Positions 49,589 to 62,700 of a stretch of DNA of 64,000 bases are shown here, piece by piece. The notes below the pieces were generated by a model. It had not been told where the DNA came from. It ran no database searches and was given only the letters and a program-made list of their open reading frames with translations. The stretch is from Trichosphaerium sp. ATCC 40318 (lineage: Eukaryota; Protista; Tubulinea). Position numbers and translations under genes: made by a program. How positions within the stretch are numbered: the first letter of the stretch is position 1; each line of letters starts with the position of its first letter. The stretch spans positions 558,001 through 622,000 of the forward strand of contig JALMLS010000322.1 in NCBI GenBank assembly GCA_038496445.1. Direction: 5' to 3'.

Positions 49589-51962
49589 TTACATTACGTT
49601 TACTCTAGCAATTCCTCCTTTTTTCTGCAAAAAACAGAATTAGAATTAATTAATTTTTTGAAACGTCCAAAAAAAATATATGTACCAAAGGCATGTACTT
49701 CTTGGCCTCTGTCAGTTCTCTTTCAATCCACTAGTATTTAAATAAGTATCCATTATACCTTTAGTCACAATTTTCTCAAACGTACCCAGACGTTACCTTT
49801 GCCTACAGAGTTCTCGCTTACTTCAGCCAAAACTTTCTATACAGGCCGTTAAACCAATAAGAACAAAGCAAGACTTAAGGGTCTTAGTACATACCTCAGC
49901 GTTCTCAAGTTCAACTTGGACAGCTTCTACAGCTGCTACAGCTGCAGCTTGAGCGTCTTCAGATGCTTTTCTAGCAGCGACAGCTTGTGCGGCTGAAGCT
50001 TCTGCAGCTTCTCTTGAAGATACTGCCTGAGCATGAGCTTCTTCTGCAGCTTTTCTTGCAGCAGTTGCAGCCTCAGCAGCTCTATCAGCCGCTTCCCTCA
50101 AAGCTACCGCTTCGCCATGAGCTTTATCAGCGGCCTGTCTCGCATCAACAGCTTCTGAATGAGCCTGGTCGGCTGCCTCACGTGAAGCAACAGCCTTTGA
50201 AAACGGTCAGCATAGGCAGCTGCAAGTTTCGATTGTATACCTGTGCGTGTGCTCTATCTGCTTCTTCACGAGAAGCCACTGCCGCAGCATGAGAATCTTC
50301 TGCGCCCTTACGTGCGGTTGTAGCTGCATCCGCATCCTTATCGGCTGCAACACGAGATTTAGCAGCTGCAGCATGAGCTTCTTCTGCAGGTTGTCTCGCT
50401 TTTTCAGCTTTTTTAGTTGCTGCTTCTTGAGTAATCTTAGCACGACGAAGAGGTAATGGATCCTACAAACAACGATGAGTTCGACAAAAAAATAACGACA
50501 ACAATAAACTATTGAGTGTTTCTTTAACTTACTTCAGCCAAGTGTACAGCAAGATCTGCTTTTGCTCTTCCTCTTGTTACAATACCGCCTTGCTCTGTTG
50601 CTTTTTTTAGTTGTTCAGTTCTATTGTTATACGCAGTCTCCTGGGCCTGTAACAAAGAGTCACTTCAATTCAAGGACGTTACGATTGATTTACATACCTT
50701 TAGATCTTCAAGTGCAGCTCGGAGCTCATCTTCAGCGGCTTTAAGTTCATCTGCTCTAGCTCGCGCAACTTTTTCTTTTTCAAGCGCTTCAGCTGCACTA
50801 GCTTTTGCAGCAGCTTCTTTAGCCGTAGCATCATCCGCTTGTCTTTTAGCTTCAAGTTCGGCAGCCTTAGCGGAACTAGCAGCGTCCTTTGCGTTATCCT
50901 CGTCGCACTTGGCTTCATCAGCTTTTTGCTTAGCGGCATCTTCCTGTCGCTTTGCTTCCGCTGCCATTTCTTTCGCTTGATCTTCACTTGCTTTTGCTTC
51001 AGCTGCCTGAAATTGAAGTTAATATATATCACGTGATTTGCACGTGGTTCGAAGCGCACTCTTTGTTTGGCTGCTTCCTCCTTCGCTTTTGCGTCGTTTG
51101 CTTTTTCTTGAGCATCAGCTTCTTTAGCCTTAGCGTCGGCTTCTTTTGCCTTCGCATCTGCTTCAGCTGCTCGTGCTGCGGCAGCTTTTTGCTTCGCTTC
51201 TTCTGCTTTAGCTTGAGACTCTCTTAAGGCTTCCAAGACTTTGTTTAATGCTTCTTGCGCCTTCTTAACCTCTTCAGGGTCACCCTTATCATCAATATGA
51301 GAAGTGACCAAAAAAAAACAACAAACTTGCCTGAGGGCGCGTGCAAAACTCTTCGATGACTTTACCATTCTTATACAACGCGTATTCTATGACCTATCGC
51401 ATGTTTGAGTGTACGCAAATTCGAAACAGAAACCTTACAGCTAATCGCTTGTTAAAGTCCAAATCAGCTTTTGTAAGTTCTTCTCGCAATTGCTTAACAG
51501 TTTTCGTCTCTCCTAAGGCACTATCAGCATCAAAACGCTAGAGCACTGGCATGTTTACGTACCAATACCTTCGAGGAATCTATGGGCATTGAACTACAAG
51601 ATAATAAGCGGTGACATGAAAAAAAAACCGTTACCTCATCCACGTCACAACCCTCTTTTCCTTTATCAAGATCAAGCTCAATGAACCTCTGCACCCATGC
51701 CCAAACGTCTTCAGCAGAATCTAAAGGGATACAGGTGAGTTCATGTACACGCACAACTCGACAAAATAGCGCAAACAGCATACCTTTGCAGTCATCCCAA
51801 TAAGCGTTCAAGAACGCCTAGTCTCACGTGAATACTTTGGTAACGCGGTTTAAGCTGTTGAAAGGAAAAAAGGCTAAACAAGCGATTCTGGCGTACTTTT
51901 CCTTGTTCTGCATAACACATGCTTGTAAAATCAGAAAACTTGTATTGGATAGGACCTGACAT
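49589..51962 (-). CDS. Calcium-regulated actin-bundling protein (Dictyostelium ABP34 / protist 'TolA-like' family) with extended Ala-rich coiled coils
   Basis: YAEQGK|AFLNAYW, FIELDLDKGKEGCDVDE|FNAHRFLE, ETKTVKQLREEL..DLDFNKR EF-hand-like loop, RPQG, LAE|DPLPLRRAKITQEAA, GNVW|WIERELTEAKKYMP. Confidence 0.85.
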
Positions 51963-52028
51963 GATGCGCGTTTTGGAAACAAAAATATAGAGACGTTGCT
52001 GTTGTGGTGTATGCTCGCTTTATATGGG

Positions 52029-54202
52029 TTACCGTGCACAAACTTTTAACGTATTTTGTTCACTACCTATCAAATACTCTTTACTAGACCATCCTTTAAA
52101 AATCACGTCGTATATATCCACTAAATAACTCAAAACAGATTTTTTTGTAACGGTTTTTTTTGGATTGTTTCCTAACTTTACAAACAAGCGACTAGCACTA
52201 TGAATATAGCTGTAATCCAATTGGTGATGCTCTATGTATGGTTTAGTATACGATTAACGCGAGCACACGTACTTTAAACGCTGCTGATGTATTCATAGAC
52301 GATGGAGCGCTAGTAGCACTTGGTGTGCCTGAAGAAGTTTTAGAAGGAGCAATAGAAGGAGCTACACTAATAGGTAAGACAGTTGAGTCCACAGGAGCGG
52401 ATGATGGTACAACTGGCTTGACCGTAGGATGCTTGTTGGTAAGTAGGCGCACTGGGCATTGGCCCTAAAGGCGATGTGGAAGGTGGCTCAGAAGGTTCCA
52501 TAGAAGGCATTGTTTGCGGAGCTACGGTTGGAGACGGAGTTGTTCTATTACCTTGTGTTGGCGGCAACGTAGTCATTGACACGGGCGGCCCTGATGTCGG
52601 TGGATCTGTTGTAGATGGTTCTGTTGGCGTCGTTGGGGCGCTTGAAGAGCTACACAAATATAAGTACTTTAAAGAAACTTGAAAGGTACTCACTTTGTTG
52701 GAGAGTTCTCTCCTAGAAAAGCTAGAATATCACCGCTTGAGGCTGTTCTGTGGAGTACTTAGCAAAACTTTTATTTTTGGAATTCGTATGAAATAATCGT
52801 ACAACCAGTTAGTTCCTTCTTGGCCTGCTGCTAATTCTACAGTAGCATAACGGTAGAATTCAAAACTTGCTTGTAGATCAGGGTTACCCTGGCTTGTAAA
52901 CACTAGAAAGTAACGAACTTAACATGCGGGCGTAGAAACTAGATAACAAATGATTTTTATGTACCTTGATTATTGTATTCCAATGCTTGAGATGCACTAC
53001 AGCAGTACGTTTCAATAAACTCCCAATCAGTGTAAGCAGTCATGCCAACCTACAAGTATATGAATCAAAACGAACAGCGTTCTTTGGAATACCTGCAAAG
53101 TGCCGCTCATATCAGGTCTGTGAAACCGCCTTCAAAGAAACCACATGTTAGCTAATAATACAGTGACATTGGTATCTAAAAAATTTTCACCTATGTACTC
53201 TCCATGAACCAGAAGGAAGGCCTCTGTACAACATTATAAAATAATCGCCAAGCTTTGCAACTTGAATCTCAGCATTTGGCATGTTATTTACCAAACCATC
53301 AGTGCTAAGTTGTAAATCACTTTGGCTATCTTCAGTTGTTTTTACTTCTACACGAAGACAAAAAAAATTAGCAATCACGTGGCCAGTGAGGTCTAAAAAT
53401 AGCAAAGATCCAAAATAACAACAAAACTGCTTTTTGGTACCTGTTTGAGCCTGTGTTGCAAGCCCTGTACCTACGCTAAGAAATACATAATTTTCATTCC
53501 CCGAAGTCCATGTACTAAGTAAAATAACAGTAAGTATTGGTAGCAAGATTCTGTCTCCTAAAACGCGTACTTTTCAACTGGTCTTGGTTTGCGTATGAAA
53601 ACACCAGCAAGGGAGTACTGAGCCTGTGGTACTATTTGGGATGGTGCGCCCATAGACCTTGCAAACACTGAAGTGTGTACAACAAAATTAGTAGCTGACA
53701 CATCCTTGTAAAGAAGAGCGCCTCTCATCTCTCGAAACTGAAAAAACAAGAAATCAGTTACAAACATTTCTGTAAATAAGAAGAATTGTCGGCTCAACTA
53801 GTTTCAAGCGTCTCTCAAGCGTACCCATCCACTTGAGTATGGTCTCAAGTATAATCTACCGCTTTCAGTTGTGTCAATATCGAAAGTACGGAGTTGGTCT
53901 CCTTGCATTTGTATGGCAGAAGTTACGTTGAACTGAAGAAGAAAATGTTAGTGTAAAACTCTTGCTGCTCCAAATAAGAACAGTTTATGTAAAACCGCAC
54001 GTTATCAGTATTATAAGAGCGTAGCCACTCTGTTTTAGTTGTTGAATCGTCAAATTCATCACTTAGAGCCGCAAGCGGATCTAAAGCTTCTACTACAAGT
54101 AGAAAAGCTATCTTGTGTTATTATAGAGCCTTAAGAGCAATATGTACCAACAAGACTAATAAATAAACAAATACAGTTGGCACTGCTTCCAGGAGTTGTC
54201 AT
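52029..54202 (-). CDS. Secreted/surface protein with a bacterial-type ConA-like (DUF1349-like) domain, a Pro/Ser/Thr stalk and a short C-terminal domain
   Basis: Hydrophobic N-terminus; LAALSDEFDD, LRPYSSGW|FREMRGALLYKDV, YSLAGVFIRKPR, WTSGNENYVFLSVG, VEVKTT, RPDMSGTLQ|VGMTAYTDW; PST-rich region 52280-52650. Confidence 0.6.
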
Positions 54203-54948
54203 CTCACGTAAGTGAATTGAAATATGCTTCTTTTAGAACAACGCACACAATTTCTGAACAGCGAAAATTCATGAGAGTTAAAAGGCCCTAACCTAAACGG
54301 AAGTTCCTTAGCGAATGAAAGTCACAGGTACGTACTCTGAAAGATGTAACAGCCTAACTAGGCTGAAACAAATGACATATATTCACTGAAAAATACCTTA
54401 GGCGCGAACGCGTAGCACTAACCCGCGACGGATGAATGAAGTGTGACTAGGGTTTGATAATGCAAACAGTTACATTAACAATGTTGTGGTTGAACATTGT
54501 GACAAAGAAACTTTCCGCCTCGAAGTGTCTTAACCATTGGCGTAGCTGTAGTGTTCCAAGCCAGACTTCCTCGTAGACGACATAAATACTAACTCGCGTA
54601 CTTCGGTCATCAAGTTCATTACGACGAACTTAGTATGAGTTTTAGTGCCATCCTCAACAATCCACCAGGGCTTTATTAACCGAAATACACTCAAACAAAC
54701 GTTACACGTAAACGCCTTGGCATTGAATGAAACCAAGTTACCTTGGTTGTACTTCGGCATGAAGTAGTTAAACATGTTTTCAAAACCTCGTCATTCGCTG
54801 AAAAAAAAGCAATAAAACAAAGTGTCAACCTGTCATTTGATCAGTCTAAAAAGTACGCAAGCAATAATTCCACCAGAAAGTAAAGAGCAATGTTTTGATC
54901 TTTCGAAAATTGTTTATTTTTTTTTTAGTAGAGAATACATTTAACAAT

Positions 54949-56108
54949 CTAAACCTCTGGAGGTCCGGTGACTTGCTCAAGAGCTTCTGGGTCAGCAGTA
55001 GGAGTGAATTCCTCTGGCTCTTCAGCGGTTTGTTCACCTTCGAATGGTGTGGCGGCGTCAGCAGCTCCAGTTGTGACAACTGGGACCTCTTGAATTTTTG
55101 GTTCGCGGACTTTGACGACATCTGGAAGTGGTTTACGTGGTCCTTGTTTGCCTGAAGCATCATATGGAAGCATAATTGTGACACGTACACCCATAACACC
55201 TGAAAGAAAGAAAAATCAATACAAACACAAAGAAAAAAACAAAAAAAAAATAAATATCAAAAGCACAAAAAAGCGCAAATCTACAAAATGTAGAACGTAA
55301 CAATACAATATGATTGTACAAATGTCACGATTTTACGCGTTTTCGAGCGTGTAGATGGTTTTTCGACATTTTTGTACTGAAATGAGAAAACACAAACATA
55401 CCTTGACGCAACATAACGTGGCGAATAGCGGTATCAATGTAATCGCGGATAGCGGCACCAGCACGGATCATGTATCCATCTCTGAAAATCATGGCTTTTG
55501 CTCTTTGTCCACGAAGTTTGCCAGAAACGACAATTTCAACACCTTTAGCGTCTTTCTCCATGATAAAACGCAATACACCGTAACATGCACGACGAACTGG
55601 CAAAAGACCAAGTAGTTTATAACGGAGGGATTCTGCTTGTGCTTGAGCAGAAAGAGCACGGTTGTGGACGCGTTCAGCGTACAATTCAATGGCGCCTTCT
55701 TCGTATCCAAATCGCTTTTGTACAACTACACTTTGTGTCAATTCAATGTGTTATGAGCGATTGCCAGCGAATTTGTTGCTCAGCGGAAAGATTTGTGAAA
55801 AGAGGTAAAACGCACCGGAAGTAAGCTCTCTGATGCGTCTTCCTTTAAGACCGAGCACATTCTTTGGTCTTGTGGCTCTGATGATTACTTCTGTTCGGTT
55901 TGGAGTGACACGAACTTCAACGCCGCTGTAGCCCTCCTCAGCGAGTTCTTTCTTGAAAAATGCGTTCAATTCGGCATAGAAAATACCGTCTCGCACGAAC
56001 TAGCTAAAAGTCAGCACATCTTGAACTGAGGGTGGTTTCGGCCACATTATATGCTGTAAAGCATCGTACCTTTCTCTTTTTTGAGATCCTAGTTGGTTGG
56101 GAGGTCAT
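54949..56108 (-). CDS. RPS3: 40S ribosomal protein S3 (uS3), 4 exons
   Basis: ISKKRK|[12 protein letters not shown]...[15 protein letters not shown]...GRRIRELTS|VVQKRF...[11 protein letters not shown]...[11 protein letters not shown]...HVMLRQ|GVMGVRV. Confidence 0.98.
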
Positions 56109-56342
56109 TGGTTAGTATGAGAAATAATAGCGATTAAACTAAAACTTGTGGCGTGACCGAGGTTGACGTCGGTTGGGGCAAAAAAAAATTCAGATTACAG
56201 ACACATTACACGGCGTACGATACTGTCCTACGTAGTCTGTTTCCTTACGCCATGGGTAGGTTCAAGCAAAAACGCCATGCATCTCCCAAATACATTTATC
56301 GATAAACGAAGGTTTTCCCTGGTTATATTCCTTATTTGCGCT

Positions 56343-58937
56343 ATGGAATGCCTCACCTGGGCTGCTCCAGTTGTTTCAGTAGCCGCAACACATTCTTCAC
56401 ATGTTGAGAACAGGGGAACAGCCTTGCATGATTACATGATTCGAGACGTTAAGAACTTTGGCTCAACGTTCGAAAATAACTTTGCCACAAGCAGTACTGC
56501 TTTGGCCGAACGTGAAGAAGCGAAAAAAGCTGCGGAAGAGACAGCAAACGAAGAGGCAGAAGAAGCAATGGTAAAACAGACACGCCATTTTTGTTTACAA
56601 TTAGTAGTTTTTGTATTATTGTCTTACAGTCACTAGACAAGCGGAAAATCACCACTGGTACCTTCTAAATGGACAATTATTGGTTGGAGTATCATGGTTA
56701 GTGAACTTTTTGATCTTCGGTCAAAAAAATGCCTAAAACTAAAGAAAATAGGCGTTTCTAACATTTACGCTTGGATTCCAAGAGCAACGCACTACTAAGC
56801 TAGGTGAAGTTGCTACAGTCGCTGAGGAAGACTCTGACGACGCATTTGGATACGGTCCACCACAAGAACAAACAAGTACGTTAGTTTAACGTCAAGTGTT
56901 CGTTCGAACACATTTTCTTGGGTTTTGATCCGACCTATGGTTGTTTGGCGATTTTATCTTCCAATTGTGCTAAAACGCACCATATAATCGCCACGGCTTT
57001 CTACATACTTAAATACATGGGAAAACGTAAAATACTTTTTTCTTGTTGTCGAAAAAGTACAGAAACGACAACCTACCGCTACATTTTTTATTTACACCCT
57101 AAAAAAGCAGGATAAATCACACTAACGCGCTGTTTTAGACGAACAAAACACTCTATCTTCCGTTTCAGAACAAATAAGTAGCAACATGTCATCAACAACG
57201 CCAACAGCCTCACGAATGCCTTGTCGTGCATCTGCACAACCAGCAAGAGATATTTCAAGCATGTCTGACGAAGAAATTTTATCGTTTTTGCGTCAAGGCA
57301 AGATGAAGTTGCACCAATTGGAATCCAAATTAGAACCTACTCGTGCTGTAGCAGTACGCCGTGCATTTATCGGTACGTTTATTGTAAAGAAATAGCTGTA
57401 TTCCTTTTTCTGAGCAAATCTTTGAAATTTTTTTTCTTGTTTTTTTTTTCTGTCGGTTACTAAACGTATACTTTAGGAAATAAAGCTTTAGATAAAGTCC
57501 CATATGAAGGATATGATTATTCTAAAGTAGCTGGAAAATGTTGCGAAAACGTAGTAGGGTATGATGACGCGTAGAAGTTAAAACTTCTTTTTTTTTGTAG
57601 TGATTTTTTTAGCAAACAGTATGTCCTTACATGTTTACATTAGATATATTCAACTTCCTCTTGGTCTCGCTGGACCTCTTCTTGTAAATGGAAAGAGTTA
57701 TAATGTTCCTATGGCTACCACTGAAGGTGCTTTAGTTGCATCTACTTCACGTGGAAGTAAAGCTATTTCTCTTTGTGGTGGAACTTCAGTAATGATTGTG
57801 GATAATGGTATAACACGTGCACCTTGTGTTGAATTCCCATCTGCCATTGAATCAGCCAAGCTTAAAATCTGGCTAAAGGACCCTGAAAACTACGCCAAAG
57901 TGGAGGCAGCGTTTAACGCAACGTCAAACTTTGGTCGTCTCGTTTCGGTACGACTTATTGAGCACCTTGTAGAGTTTTTATTTATTGACTGTTTGTCTTA
58001 GATCCATACGGCTTTAGCTGGTCGCTATGCATATATTCGTATTAAGTGTCACGCTGGTGATGCTATGGGAATGAACATGGTCGCTAAAGGATCAAAAGCT
58101 GTAATAGAATGTCTCACGAATGAATTTCCAAATATGAAACTTGTTGCAATCTCTGGCAACTACTGCACCGATAAGAAACCTGCAGCTGTCAATTGGATAC
58201 TTGGCCGTGGTCGTTCTGTCGTTGCTGATGCTGTAATAACAAAAGAAGTCTTGAAATCTGTGTTGAAAACTGAGTACGTCCTTTTTGTTTTTCAAGCTTG
58301 ATTCTTCGCTCAGACCCATCTTTGAGACTTACGCACTTTGTTTCTCATTTTTTTCATAGTGCCAAAACGATGGTTTCTGTTAATATTCAAAAAAATCTCG
58401 TCGGTTCCTCAATAGCTGGTGCTGTGGGCGGTATGAACGCTCATGCAGCTAATGTAGTAACTGCCGTTTACCTCGCTACTGGTCAGGATCCAGCACAGAA
58501 TGTCGAGTCGTCTAATTGTATCACTCTTATGGAGACTACCAATGGTGGTGAAGATCTTTATGGTAAGTGTCATCCCGTTTTTTTTCGTCTGTTAAACAAA
58601 CCCAGTATTAACGTCTTTGCCTTAGTCTCTGTCACTATGCCTTGTATCGAAGTCGGTACTGTTGGTGGTGGTACATCTCTACCTGTACAGGCAGCTTGTT
58701 TGGAGCTATTAGGTTGTAAGGGAGCTAGCCCAAAAGGTACGCATTTTTTGTTGTAACATTCTGACGCAAACTCACTTTGTTTTTTAAGGGCAAACTGGTA
58801 AAAACGCTGATACCCTTGCTAAAGTGGTAGCTGGTAGCGTTCTAGCCGGTGAACTTTCTTTGGTTGCTGGCATCGCTATGGGACACCTTGTCTCTGCTCA
58901 TATGAAACTTAATCGAAGCAAGAGAGCTAGATTATAA
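56343..58937 (+). CDS. HMGCR: Class I HMG-CoA reductase with a spliced N-terminal extension (one hydrophobic segment) and C-terminal -ARL
   Basis: [88 protein letters not shown]. Upstream exons join in frame through intron 56876-57138. Confidence 0.95.
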
Positions 58938-59743
58938 CTTAACACAATTTTTTTTTTTCCCCATAAGAAAGATTGTCAGCTCGCCAAAATTTACCCCTCC
59001 CTCTTCAACTCGTTAGTTCTTTTCAAGTATTGCAAAACCAAAATAAATAAAACTGCACAAATTTTTGTGCTTCTATGTACACTCAAGCGGTGCTTTATTT
59101 CTTTAGTAATGGTGATGAAACAACTGGTAATGAAAGCAACTTTTTTGCTTGTTTATATTACTTCTAGGTGTAGGAATTAGTACTCTCAATGGCAGTGGTT
59201 TTCGATTCACGTTTTTTCGAGTTCATAAGTGCGATTGGTAATTTACCTAATATCAACAAAAATACTGTAAAACCACACCAAACATATGCCAACTTTAATA
59301 AATGACGTTTACCAACCAAGGTTTTATAACGTTGTGGGTAGCCATATTTTGTAGGCCATTCTTTTTCAGCTTTAAAACTCAATATTAAATGAGTTTGAAA
59401 CCTTTTTGCTCGCGTGTACGTGGAAGGTAGGTCAAAAGGTTGAGTTGTCCAAAAAACCATGTATAAATTCTACGCGCTGCGTATCAATTTTAGTACTACA
59501 ACTCCGGTGATATTCACTTACTCTTTGTAACCGTTCCAATACTATCGTCACGCTCGTACTAAACGGACACGTGGTTTGTCAAAAAAATCACGTGTAACAG
59601 CAAAATACGTAGGTAGGTATCATGACCTTGCATTATCCAATCTAATTAGTACATTTCCAGAAAACTGACTAGCCTATCTTGAATAAGTCACATTTTCAAA
59701 CAAACAGATTAAAGCGAAAGTGCATTACGCAATAATAGGACAA

Positions 59744-62700
59744 ATGAACTATTGTTTGTCTAAATACACGTGTCATGTACTAATTTTAGTTTTGGTGCCT
59801 GTAGTATTTGCGGAAGAGTTCTACGCCTCTACTAGTAATACTTCTCAAGTAATAGACGTTGCTTTGAACACTACCGGAGACCATACTATTCATTTAAGTG
59901 GTACTTACCCAAAAACATTTAGCTGACCTCAAAAACTGTTATAGCTGGCATCCACACGATCAATGAAGAGGTCTATATACATAGAAGGAAGTTTTATTTT
60001 AAAGGGGAAATTAATACCACGATAGATACTAGTGAGGATATAACTGGAAGGTTGTATTACTTGGTTCTTATTTTACGTAGGCTATGGGGTTTTCACTTGC
60101 GTTGAGAGTACCTGCAGTTTTGACGGTATATCAGTCCGTGGTTTCGAACAAGGAGAGTGTTTTTTGAACGCAGAAGGCTCTAATTTGACAATTACGAGGT
60201 ACCAATCCAAACTAGATTGGATTTATTTTTTCACTGTTTTTTTTTCTTCTTCAATTAAAATTTAAAAAAGGACCTCCTTCGATAGTTCTCGGTGCGCTAT
60301 TTATGCTCGGGGTTGTATGATTGATATATCAAATTCGCTTTTTCGCAATATTTCACAGTCGTACGTCACAACAATGCGTGTCAGTGACATTTTATTCACC
60401 ACGTGAGAAATAGAGATTTTGGGCCTGCAATATATGGTGTAGATGTTTCTGGAACTGTGTCGAATACTTCGTTCGTTAACGTTTCTAGTGAGCAATCTGG
60501 AGGTACGGTAGTACAATAATAAGCGAAGGTAGACGATCATTAATAGCCACTAGGTGCTGTGTTTTTGTCATCGCAAAAGAATCAAGGTAAACAAACTGTT
60601 TTTGTGTTTTTTCTCAAACCAACTTGCTTTTTTCTCTATGCTATCTATACTAACCATTTATTTCATTTCTAGACCCATTGGTTTTTAACAAATGTACTTT
60701 TGAAAGAAATAATGCTTTTAATTTCGGAGGCGCAGTGAACGTAGTAAGTGCTGTTTATTTGATCTTTTTCCTGTTTGGGGTATTTTATATTTATAAAAAA
60801 TCACGTGATATTTAAAAGGATATAATAGGAAAGTGCCTCGGTGAACTTCAGAGATTGTGCGTTTAGACAGAATACTGGCAATTCTGGAGGTGCTGTTCGA
60901 GTGGCTTCTTTTGGCTTTGATGTACGATTTGATGGATGTATCTTTGAAGAGAACGAAGGTACAGGAAGTAATGGTGGTGGCGCTATAAAGATAGAAGGTG
61001 CTATGGTGGTGGATAATTGCGAATTCTATAAGAACTCGGGTGTCTTTGGTGAGTACAAAAAAAAAAACCCAATAGTTTGACAAGTTCAAAAAAACTGTTT
61101 TGCGTTCACTTGTTACGCTCTTTAAAAGCCTATTAATTTTATACTTATCTGTAATTTTAACAAGGTGGTGCTATACGTGGTTCTCAGCTTGGAAACGGAA
61201 CGATTAACGCATCTTATTTTGAAGAGAATACAGCACGTAGAACAGGAGGTGCAATTGACTGGGAAGCGTGGTCTGTTATGGTAACTTCATCAACGTTTGT
61301 TCGCAACGACGCTAATAGAGGTGGCGCTATATCAGATACAGGTACGTATATTAGACAGTAAACTGTGCTTCTCACTGATTACAATAGGAATAAACAAGTT
61401 GATAGTAGAAAATTGTAATTTTACGGCCAACACAGCAAACAATGCAGGAGCGATTGTGCTTGATTCTTCTATATCTGAAGATCACACAATTAAAGATTGT
61501 CGATTTGAAAATAATATATCAAGGGGTACTGGTGGTGCTATTTCAGTGAGGGGGAGTGAAGGTAAGTTATAAAACAAATCTTTTTTTGTTGCTTTTCTTT
61601 CCGTGAAAATAAGTCAACTGCTTATTCGCTTACACTATCAAATCTATCTGTATATACACTTTATTGTTGTTTTTGAATTGTCATCGGTTTCATTAGCATT
61701 GCTTAAACCTGAAAGCTGAAACATTTTCTTACTTTTTTCTTAGACGATTCCCCCAACGCAGTTATGGATTGTATATTTATTGGTAATGATGCTGACAGAG
61801 GAGGCGCATTACGTATTGCAAATACAAATTCTAAGATGCAAAGGTTAACATTTCAAAGAAACACTGCAGAACATGGCGCAGCTGTCTTCTTTGATGGATT
61901 TCAATGCAACGATATCCTCTCCTTTTCAAATTTTACAGAAAACAATGCTAGAGTTTCGGGTGGCGCTATGAGTCTCAGTGATGATGTCTTAGAAAAACCA
62001 GAATGCGAATTATGTAGCAATTGCACATTCCAAAACAATACAGCACTGAGATATGGAAACGATAGAGCATCAGGTAAGTCCAAAAACCCTAACAAAACGT
62101 CAAAAATCTCTTCCATTGGCATACTTAAAGCTTTTCTCAGTCTCGCAGCTTTTTACGTAAAGATTCATAGTATCTATCAATGATTTTTGCTTTTTTTCAC
62201 TGTGATTTCATGTCACGTGTTTTTTCTTTTGCTGTAAGGTGTCAATTTTTAATTTTTTCTTTAGCTCCAATTTCGCTTGTTTTTACCACAATTTCGAAAC
62301 CTAAGTGTGTTGGTGATTTCTTGACTGTTTTGATTGAACTAAAAGACATGTTTAACCAAACGTTTGGGTCTTCCAATACGAGTGATCTCTTTACCTATAC
62401 CCTCCAAGCAACTCCTGAAGCAATCTTAAAACCAAACACTGGAATAGTAAGTTCAGCATACTTCTAAGCGTCTAGGAAGCTCTCTGACTCCTTTTCTCTA
62501 GATCAGCTTTCTTGGAGGCACTGAAGTTAAAGTACTAATTGAAGGAACAGGTGGTGTTGAGTATTTTATTCAAGTAGAAGTATCAAGAGATTTCAACATG
62601 GCGAACCAGAGCGTTTATATACCTTTTTGTGAAGGTACTTCTTTTTTAGCTCCTTTTTTGATACGTCTAATCTTATTGAACCTATAGAATTCCTTGAATC

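Noticed and set aside
54286-54296. CCCTAACCTAA as a telomerase template or telomeric seed
   Set aside because: Under two repeat units and no supporting pseudoknot identified; compatible with chance.
56001-56069. Box C/D snoRNA in an RPS3 intron
   Set aside because: A CTGA is present but there is no good RTGATGA box C or terminal stem, and it overlaps the likely branch point.
6320-58937. Isoprenoid gene cluster (DxDD protein, TLC protein, HMG-CoA reductase)
   Set aside because: The genes are separated by tens of kb of unrelated genes; no clustering evidence.
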